Under the pieces are notes generated by a model, which worked only from the letters and a program-made list of their open reading frames with translations, was not told the origin of the DNA and made no database searches. Positions 8,600 through 14,927 of a DNA stretch of 32,000 bases are shown in pieces. The number at the start of each line of letters is the position of its first letter. Within the stretch, counting starts at the first letter, position 1. Position numbers and translations under genes: made by a program. Origin of the DNA: Microcystis aeruginosa NIES-843 (GTDB taxonomy: Bacteria > Cyanobacteriota > Cyanobacteriia > Cyanobacteriales > Microcystaceae); NCBI RefSeq assembly GCF_000010625.1, contig NC_010296.1:5130001-5162000 (forward strand). Reading direction: 5' to 3'.

Positions 8600-8629
8600 C
8601 AAACCACAGATTACTACCTCAATTTTTTC

Positions 8630-8656
8630 AAAAAAATCGACCCGCCTAGCGGCGGG
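8630..8656 (-). terminator. Putative intrinsic terminator of the kinase gene
   Basis: On the minus strand: cccgcc-gcua-ggcggg (6-bp GC stem, 4-nt loop), then ucga and U7. About 60 nt downstream of the stop at 8717. Confidence 0.5.
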
Positions 8657-8716
8657 AAAAAGAGAAAAATTGAAAAAAGTAAAAAAGGGTAAAAAAGGGT
8701 AAAAAGAGAATAAGGG

Positions 8717-10540
8717 TTACAGAGTCCTCCCAGCACCGCACACCACCCGAAAACCGAAGTAGTAGTCGTTGACGCGGCGGTAGAGGAAGTCGCGGTAAGC
8801 GGAACGGCAGAAATAGGGATCGTCGTACCAAGAACCGCCCCGCAGTATTTGATAATCATTATCATTTGTCAGCCAAGCACTGCCATCCTTTGGCGCTCCG
8901 ATATAGTTATCGTGCCAATTGTCCTCGCACCACTCCCAAACATTGCCACTCATGTCATACAGTCCCCAAGCATTAGGCCTTTTCTGGCCCACAGGATGAG
9001 TTTTATCCTGAGAATTTCCGTTATGCCAAGCGTAATCTCCTAACTGATTGGCATCATCACCGAAATAATAGCGAGTGGTTGTCCCCGCACGACAGGCATA
9101 TTCCCATTCCGCTTCCGTCGGTAGGCGATAGGTTTTTCCTGTTATTTGACTCAATTTTTGGCAAAAGGCTTGAGCATCATTCCAACTAACCTTTTCTACC
9201 GGATTTTGGGGATTGTTTTGAAACAGAGAGGGATTGTTTCCCATTACCGCTTCATATTGTGCCTGAGTCACTGGATATTTCCCAATAGCAAAACTGTTGA
9301 CTTGAACTTGGTGTTGAGGCTTTTCATTATCGCGAGCATCGGGATCACTGTCAGGAGATCCCATCATAAATTTTCCTCCAGGCAGTTCCACCATTGCTAA
9401 CTGTAACCCGCCAGGGAGTTTTTCAGTAAAATCTGATGGTGATGTTGCTGGTAATAATTTTAGCCAGGCATTTCTCTTGTCAATTACTAATGCGATCACC
9501 GCTCCAAATACAATCATCCCGATGCTATTATATAGCCATTTACGCCTAGTTATCCCTGATGTAGTGCTAATTTTTCTCTGAGGAGGAGGTGAAACGGTAG
9601 TAGGTTGTACTACAGTTCTACTCGAGGGAAGATTATTCAACGCTGTCAGAACTTCCGAAGCTGATTGATAGCGCTGGCTAGACTTATCTTCTAACATTTT
9701 GTTCAAGATATTCGCCCAAAAATCACTAATTGATCTTTTTTGAGATTTTAATACCGATTGCCATAACCATCGCCGCTGATCCACATCATAGACCGAATCA
9801 GGCAAATTACTGTTACTTTGGGGGAAACATCCTGTTAATAAACGGACACAGGTAGCGGCTAAACTATATAAATCACTAGCGGCGACTGCACTGCCCATGA
9901 TATGTTCATAAGGAGCATAACCGGGAGTGTATAAACCTGTCCCCATTTGGGAAGTTTGTTCTTTAATTCCCCCAAAATCAATTAACATCAATTTACCATC
10001 ACTCCGACGACGCATCAGGTTATCCGGTTTGATGTCACGATGAATCAATCCTTTAGAATGGAGATAAGCAAGGACTGGTAATAAATCCCGTAATATTTCT
10101 TGGATTTTCTGCTCACTAAATTTTCCTTCTCTTTGATATTCTTGAAAGAGGGTTTCTCCTTCAATAAATCCTTCTACTAAATAGAGAGAGTTTCCTTCCG
10201 AGAAGTAGTCATAAACGCTCGGAATTTGTTCGTGTCTTAATTCGTCTAATTTTTCCGCTTCTCTTTGAAATAACTCCTTAGACTTCTCAAGAGCCGCTCC
10301 CTGCATTTGAGCGATAAACTTTTTAATAACGCGGGGTTTGCGATTAAAATTCAAGTCCTCGGCTTTATAAGTTCTACCGAATGCGCCCTCTCCTAAAACC
10401 CCGACAATGAGATAACGGCTATGAAAAGAATATGATTGGCTAGTTTGGCTTAAATTTCCGCCACATCCTTGACAATAGCTATAATGAGTCGGATTTTGAG
10501 GATGGGAACATTCGGGATTGAGACAGTAGAGGATACTCAT
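8717..10540 (-). CDS. Transmembrane Ser/Thr protein kinase with N-terminal Cys4 zinc ribbon and C-terminal FGE-sulfatase/C-type-lectin-fold domain
   Basis: 607 aa. CLNPECSHPQN...CQGCG; kinase motifs GEGAFGRTYK, HRDIKPDN, DFG; one TM helix (WLYNSIGMIVFGAVIALVI); FGE-type domain (GKYPVTQAQYEAVMG...WEWCED...LRGGSW...FGFRVVC). Confidence 0.9.
   Translation of the reverse strand: MSILYCLNPECSHPQNPTHYSYCQGCGGNLSQTSQSYSFHSRYLIVGVLGEGAFGRTYKAEDLNFNRKPRVIKKFIAQMQGAALEKSKELFQREAEKLDELRHEQIPSVYDYFSEGNSLYLVEGFIEGETLFQEYQREGKFSEQKIQEILRDLLPVLAYLHSKGLIHRDIKPDNLMRRRSDGKLMLIDFGGIKEQTSQMGTGLYTPGYAPYEHIMGSAVAASDLYSLAATCVRLLTGCFPQSNSNLPDSVYDVDQRRWLWQSVLKSQKRSISDFWANILNKMLEDKSSQRYQSASEVLTALNNLPSSRTVVQPTTVSPPPQRKISTTSGITRRKWLYNSIGMIVFGAVIALVIDKRNAWLKLLPATSPSDFTEKLPGGLQLAMVELPGGKFMMGSPDSDPDARDNEKPQHQVQVNSFAIGKYPVTQAQYEAVMGNNPSLFQNNPQNPVEKVSWNDAQAFCQKLSQITGKTYRLPTEAEWEYACRAGTTTRYYFGDDANQLGDYAWHNGNSQDKTHPVGQKRPNAWGLYDMSGNVWEWCEDNWHDNYIGAPKDGSAWLTNDNDYQILRGGSWYDDPYFCRSAYRDFLYRRVNDYYFGFRVVCGAGRTL
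8729..8845 (-). other. Candidate DGR-type variable region (VR) within the kinase C-terminus
   Basis: The 39 codons hold only 12 adenines, all at codon positions 1-2 of Tyr/Asp/Asn codons. All 6 Arg are CGN and more than half the codons end in C, in sharp contrast to the A/T-rich flanking codons. No TR or RT in the window. Confidence 0.5.
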
Positions 10541-10663
10541 AAATCATCTGGAGGAATTTGATTAAGTACCTAAAAAAAATTGATGATCTCATTGAGAGAA
10601 GATGTGTAGGCTCCCTTAGGCGGTTACAAATCCCGTCAAAAAACCCAAATTAATAATCCGCCG

Positions 10664-10723
10664 TAACGCACCGATTATATGATTAATTGTACCTGAATAT
10701 CAAACAGGAAACAGAAGCCTGTT
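10664..10723 (+). repeat. Partial diverged copy of the ~350-bp repeat (core with the aacagg-N9-cctgtt hairpin)
   Basis: gtaacgcaccgattatatgattaattgtacctgaatatcaaacaggaaacagaagcctgtt versus cacgcaccaattatatcattcattctgcctgaatatcaaacaggaactagaaacctgtt in copies 1 and 2. Confidence 0.7.
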
Positions 10724-10738
10724 CCGCGGCAGTGGGAG

Positions 10739-11059
10739 TTAGGGGTTGCTAACAGGGGGAACAGTGATGACAAAGCGGATAACAGTTCCGATAACTGCTG
10801 TTGCCAAGATGGTGATTAATGCCCAAATTTGGGCTTTCTGGGAGCCTTTAATCTCTTTTAAATCACCTTGTAAGGTGTTGAATTCTCCCTGTAATGCCTT
10901 GAGATCTCCCTTTACTTCGGCCTCGAATCTGACTTGAACAATCCTGATCTCTGTGACATCTTTCTGGAGCGCGTCTAGCTTCTGATTGGTCTCTTTAAGA
11001 TTCTGATTAATCTGGTCTAGGATTTTTCCTAAATCGGTTTCGATGGTGGGGCCGCTCAT
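10739..11059 (-). CDS. Small coiled-coil protein with C-terminal transmembrane anchor, function unknown
   Basis: 106 aa with heptad-like LKETNQKLDALQKDVTEIRIVQ...LQGEFNTLQGDLKEIKG, then a hydrophobic IWALITILATAVIGTVIRFVI segment. Confidence 0.6.
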   Translation of the reverse strand: MSGPTIETDLGKILDQINQNLKETNQKLDALQKDVTEIRIVQVRFEAEVKGDLKALQGEFNTLQGDLKEIKGSQKAQIWALITILATAVIGTVIRFVITVPPVSNP

Positions 11060-11070
11060 GGGTTAGACTC

Positions 11071-11244
11071 CTAATTAATTGGTGCTGTTGTTTCTGACTT
11101 AGATTTCAGGGTTTGAACAAATTGTAAAACTTTTTGTTGCTTTTCCAGTGTCAGTTCTCGCCATTGTTCAAGTATTTCTTCATTCTTTACCCATAAATAC
11201 CTCGCTCTTGAATTATGAATTGTTTGGTTTTGAGCAAGGCTCAT
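11071..11244 (-). CDS. Small hypothetical protein, DUF2281-like antitoxin-type C-terminus
   Basis: Probable start MSLAQNQ... at 11244. LTLEKQQKVLQFVQTLKSK resembles the (E)xQQxVLDFVEFL motif of small antitoxins. The track N-terminal extension to 11373 is translated palindromic repeat. Confidence 0.4.
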   Translation of the reverse strand: MSLAQNQTIHNSRARYLWVKNEEILEQWRELTLEKQQKVLQFVQTLKSKSETTAPIN

Positions 11245-11287
11245 CAAGTAGCTGGTTATAATTAAATTAAAAATGGATTTTAGGTTC

Positions 11288-11365
11288 GATCCCCCCTGCC
11301 CCCCTTGATAAGGGGGGTGCCGATAGGCGGGGGGATCCCCCCTGCCCCCCTTGATAAGGGGGGTG
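11288..11365. repeat. Two tandem 32-nt GC-run palindromic units
   Basis: gatcccccctgccccccttgataaggggggtg at 11288-11319 and 11334-11365. Each holds a cccccctt-gat-aagggggg hairpin, and the junction forms ggggggatcccccc. Confidence 0.8.
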
Positions 11366-11394
11366 TCTGACAACTTTTAACGCCTACCTACTTA

Positions 11395-11420
11395 ATAAAA
11401 ACCACTCCAGACACAGAGGA
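11395..11420 (+). repeat. Short solo fragment of the ~350-bp repeat
   Basis: ataaaaaccactccagacacagagga is identical to 7190-7215 of copy 1. Confidence 0.6.
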
Positions 11421-11494
11421 AACAAAGATCATATCATTTTTGGTTTGCGGTGGACGTTGTAGAATAGAGAAAACCTACTGCGCTGATAGATACC

Positions 11495-11725
11495 ATGCCC
11501 TCTCCTGCTATTACCACGATCATCAAGATGGTTGAGTCTCTGCCTGATGAGCTTCAAGAGCAGTTAGTAGATTATGTTCGAGCTTATATTGCAGAAATTG
11601 AAGAAGAAAAACGATGGGATCAGTCGTTTAAACAGACGAAGAATAATCTAGTCGCAGCAGCACGGAAAGCCAAAGAAGAGATTGCAGCAGGCTTGTCCAC
11701 GCCGATGGATTATGAGCAGCTATGA
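11495..11725 (+). CDS. Antitoxin of a ParE-like toxin module
   Basis: 76 aa: ...MVESLPDELQEQLVDYVRAYIAEIEEEKRWD. ATGA overlap with the downstream toxin gene. Confidence 0.7.
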   Translation: MPSPAITTIIKMVESLPDELQEQLVDYVRAYIAEIEEEKRWDQSFKQTKNNLVAAARKAKEEIAAGLSTPMDYEQL

Positions 11726-11985
11726 ATTCCGCGACATTGCCCTCATTTTGGCAGAAGTATCGCGACTTGAAACCAGCAGTCAAAGCCGGAGCCAGGAAAG
11801 CATATCGGTTATGGGTAGAGAATCCGTTTCATCCATCGTTACATTTTAAGTGTATTGACAGCGACGAAGATATTTGGTCAGTGCGTGTAACGAAGAGTCA
11901 TCGAGCTTTGGGGGTGCTGTCAGGGGATACAGTGACCTGGTTTTGGATTGGCGATCATGATGAGTACGAAAAGTTTTATTCGTAA
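11722..11985 (+). CDS. ParE-like toxin (RelE/ParE superfamily)
   Basis: 87 aa: ...NPFHPSLHFKCIDSDEDIWSVRVTKSHRALGVLSGDTVTWFWIGDHDEYEKF, the characteristic ParE-like_toxin pattern. Confidence 0.75.
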   Translation: MNSATLPSFWQKYRDLKPAVKAGARKAYRLWVENPFHPSLHFKCIDSDEDIWSVRVTKSHRALGVLSGDTVTWFWIGDHDEYEKFYS

Positions 11986-12096
11986 AACAGAGGAACTACA
12001 AGCCTATTCCACTCGAACTTTAAAAACCCCCTTGCCACTCTCCTATACTTTTTAAACAGGATTTAGTATCACTCCCTCATAATGACATTCGATAAA

Positions 12097-13557
12097 CTAG
12101 ATAGCATAGAGACTTTTTTCGGAAGTATCAAAGTGAGCAAGCGTAATTTTTTTGGCGAGGATAGAAGTTTTTCCAGGCAAAAAAACAGAACGTTGCTGGA
12201 AATATTCGCCAAAATATTGACGATAGAGAGGACAACTGACTCGGCAAAACTTACCTTGTCGGTGAATCAGTCCGAGACTTTCTAGGTGAAAAGCCGCCAT
12301 TAAATCAATTTCTATGTCTTTTTCCGCCATCACCACCTTAGCAAAGATAGCCGCCAAATTGCCCTTTAAGTATTGCAGATGCCAAAGTAAACGTTTAAGA
12401 TGGTCTGCAAAAATATTACTTTCCTCCCCGATAGAAGTAGCTAAAATGGTTTCTAGGGTACAATTACTCCGAGCAATATGATAGCAAGCAAGACGAATTA
12501 AATAGGGATTCCCCCCTAGAAATATCCGTAATTTTTCGCAGTCAAAATTCTGCTCTAATCCCTGTCTTTGACTTAATTCTCGTACTTGTGCGCTGGTAAA
12601 ATTAGGCAATTCGATCGGTAAACCAAGACTGAAAGGAGATTGATAGGTATCTGAGGTTTTATCAAGCTCCTGTGCAGGGGAATAGGCAACAATTAAACGT
12701 AATTTTTGCCAGAGGGGTTTGTTTTTGCCTTCCTCGTGCCAGAGGTGGAGAATACTAAAAAATTCTTCCCTTAGCTGTGGATAGGGGAAAAGATATTCAA
12801 GATCATCAAAGGCAAGCACTAAAGGGCGATCGAGATGGGAGAGAATATGCTTTTCTAGATAGATTTTACAGTTAATTTTACCACCTAAGAATTCATCCCA
12901 ATCCTCTGGGAGATGATTGTCTAAATCTAACTGGCGACTAATACTAACACAAAGCCAACGCAGCCAGTGATTTAAATCTTGAAAAATTGATCTTTCTGCT
13001 AACCGAAAACTGAAATAAAGGGTATGGTATTGCTGTTGTTGTGCATAATTAATAATTCTAGTCATCAGGGAAGTTTTTCCCATTTTTCTGGCCGCGTTAA
13101 TCCGGATAAGACTACCGCGGCGTAATATCTCTTGATAACAAGTCTGTTCTAGATTATTTCTGTTGATATAAAAGGGGGAATTGAGGGGGACTTGTCCCTC
13201 TGGTAACTCAGGCAATAGTTGAGGATTAATAGTGTTAGTTTCTGGTAGGTTAGGACGATAATAATCGCTATTTTCTAAAGTTAAATTAAAAGCTTGAAAA
13301 CAATGTTTCAGGGTTTGTTTATCCACTCCCGATTCACAAGCAAATACCTTCATCAGAGTATCTACCCCTAAAAGAGTTTTCTCGCTGAGGACTTCTAGGG
13401 TGAAACGATGACCGCGATTATCCCGATACTCCGCTTCTTGTTTGGCAGTAAGTAATTTTTCTAGTCCCGTGGGGGTAAGGACAACCCCGCGTCTGCGGCG
13501 CTGTTTTTCTGGTTTTTCCATGATAGTTTTTCCCTGTCCTGAACTCAAACTCTGCAC
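12097..13557 (-). CDS. AAA-like (AAA_35-type, STAND-like) ATPase with N-terminal HTH-like domain
   Basis: 486 aa. N-terminal RRRRGVVLTPTGLEKLL...GVDKQTLKHCFQAFNLTLENSDYY; Walker A-like ARKMGKTSL; Walker B-like LVLAFDDLE. An alternative start is MEKPEK at 13521. Confidence 0.7.
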   Translation of the reverse strand: MQSLSSGQGKTIMEKPEKQRRRRGVVLTPTGLEKLLTAKQEAEYRDNRGHRFTLEVLSEKTLLGVDTLMKVFACESGVDKQTLKHCFQAFNLTLENSDYYRPNLPETNTINPQLLPELPEGQVPLNSPFYINRNNLEQTCYQEILRRGSLIRINAARKMGKTSLMTRIINYAQQQQYHTLYFSFRLAERSIFQDLNHWLRWLCVSISRQLDLDNHLPEDWDEFLGGKINCKIYLEKHILSHLDRPLVLAFDDLEYLFPYPQLREEFFSILHLWHEEGKNKPLWQKLRLIVAYSPAQELDKTSDTYQSPFSLGLPIELPNFTSAQVRELSQRQGLEQNFDCEKLRIFLGGNPYLIRLACYHIARSNCTLETILATSIGEESNIFADHLKRLLWHLQYLKGNLAAIFAKVVMAEKDIEIDLMAAFHLESLGLIHRQGKFCRVSCPLYRQYFGEYFQQRSVFLPGKTSILAKKITLAHFDTSEKSLYAI

Positions 13558-13713
13558 CTCTACTAGAGGTTTTGAGTTTCCTATAGACTTCTCCTCAACA
13601 GGAAAACAATCAATTCCGTAATTTTACTGGTTTAGCCATCGAGAACCTAGGAAAAATAACCAGACCACTTATTTTCTTCCCCGTCTGAGTTATTTCTGGG
13701 ATAGGGGTAAATC

Positions 13714-14061
13714 TTAGCCTACTTGCTGACGATAGCTATTCATTTCTAGGCTATCTTCCCCATAAAGATCCTCAATGTGTTCATGACAACAATCGATCGC
13801 AAATTGATCGAATTCTCCCGGTGCAATTTGATACATTTTGGCAAAAATATCGGGTTGAACACGACAAAATTCTGGTCTCTGGTCATAAATGGTACAGAGA
13901 CGGGTTTGGCGATCGAAGTTTATACACCAACCTTCTTCCCCCACCATGCTGAGATATTGACTTAATTGTGCGGGAGTCAGATATTCTTCTAAGTCAGGAC
14001 GCTCATCGGGATTTAGTTGACAACAAGCTCCACAATTTTTAATACATTTCCAATTGGCCAT
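13714..14061 (-). CDS. YkgJ-family Cys-cluster (Zn/Fe-S) protein
   Basis: 115 aa: MANWKCIKNCGACCQL...CTIYDQRPEFCRV. Confidence 0.75.
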   Translation of the reverse strand: MANWKCIKNCGACCQLNPDERPDLEEYLTPAQLSQYLSMVGEEGWCINFDRQTRLCTIYDQRPEFCRVQPDIFAKMYQIAPGEFDQFAIDCCHEHIEDLYGEDSLEMNSYRQQVG

Positions 14062-14218
14062 ATAACCGGTGTGCCGCGACGAATTAATCCTAGTACCTAC
14101 TGACTAGCTTACTAGCAAATAGTCGCAATTTTGCCTTCCAGTAGCAATTACCCTCAATAGTTTTAATCTAACCCAGCGATCGGGAGTGAGAGCTTGACTA
14201 GGCAAGGATCTAATAAAA

Positions 14219-14290
14219 TGGGCGTTGTAAGGGTCGAACTTACGGCATCCTGCTTGTAAGGCAGGCGCTCTACCACTGAGCTAAACGCCC
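14219..14290 (-). tRNA. trnV: tRNA-Val (anticodon UAC), CCA not encoded
   Basis: Reverse complement GGGCGTTtaGCTCagtggtaGAGCgCCTGCctTACaaGCAGGatgccGTAAGttcgaccCTTACAACGCCCa. It folds as 7-bp acceptor, D, anticodon and T arms with a TTCGA T-loop. Confidence 0.95.
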
Positions 14291-14371
14291 GAATTAATTT
14301 TGTACTTTCTCAGCATAACATATATTTTTAAAAAAGTATATTATTTTTTTGAGCAAGTTAATTTTTTTCCG

Positions 14372-14908
14372 ATGCCCTCTGGTCGAACTCACGATCGCAT
14401 TACCCTAATTCTGTTGCCACCGATTGCGGGGGCGAGTTTTTTGGTCAGTGGCAGTGGTAAATTAACCCTGTTACTCTTGGCCAGTTATTTGTTTAGCGGA
14501 TTCCTGTTTGGGCCGGATCTTGACATCCACTCGGTTCAGTACAAACGTTGGGGTTATCTGCGCTGGTTGTGGCTACCCTACCGTTCCATGATCCGTCATC
14601 GCGGTTGGTTATCCCACGGTTTATTGATCGGCACAATTTTTCGGTTATTTTACTTCGGTAGTTTTCTTTTACTAGCGGCGATCATCATCATTCCCATCCT
14701 GCAAAGTTTCTGGGGTATAGACTGGGATTGGCGACTGTGGCCGCAGCAAGCGATCGCATTATGGCAACAGTATCCCCGGGTAGCGATCGCTATTTTCCTG
14801 GGTTTAGAATTAGGGGCGATGAGTCATAGTTGTAGTGATTGGATCGGATCGGCCTATAAACGTTCTCGAAAAGTGGCTCAAAAACCGGTAAAAAAGAAAA
14901 AACGTTAA
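14372..14908 (+). CDS. DUF2227-like putative metal-binding membrane protein
   Basis: Start MPSGRTHDRITL at 14372; the track start at 14300 lies in an AT-rich leader. Several hydrophobic segments and a basic tail. Confidence 0.6.
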   Translation: MPSGRTHDRITLILLPPIAGASFLVSGSGKLTLLLLASYLFSGFLFGPDLDIHSVQYKRWGYLRWLWLPYRSMIRHRGWLSHGLLIGTIFRLFYFGSFLLLAAIIIIPILQSFWGIDWDWRLWPQQAIALWQQYPRVAIAIFLGLELGAMSHSCSDWIGSAYKRSRKVAQKPVKKKKR

Positions 14909-14927
14909 TAGTCCCCGTCCACAATTT

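Noticed and set aside
6996-8602. Integron-like gene cassette: a TA cassette flanked by repeats containing GTTA...TAAC stems, which could be attC sites.
   Set aside because: attC sites read 5'-RYYYAAC...GTTRRRY-3'. Here the stems read 5'-GCGTTA...TAACGC-3' on both strands, the opposite polarity. The repeat is about 350 bp rather than 60-140 bp, and no integrase or attI is present.
8614-8865. Track ORFs 8614..8865 and 8646..8831 (minus) and 8849..9043 (plus), which overlap the kinase 3' end.
   Set aside because: They are alternative frames of the GC-rich, A-depleted VR-like segment and of the T-rich downstream repeat. Their translations are low-complexity, so they are by-products of composition rather than genes.
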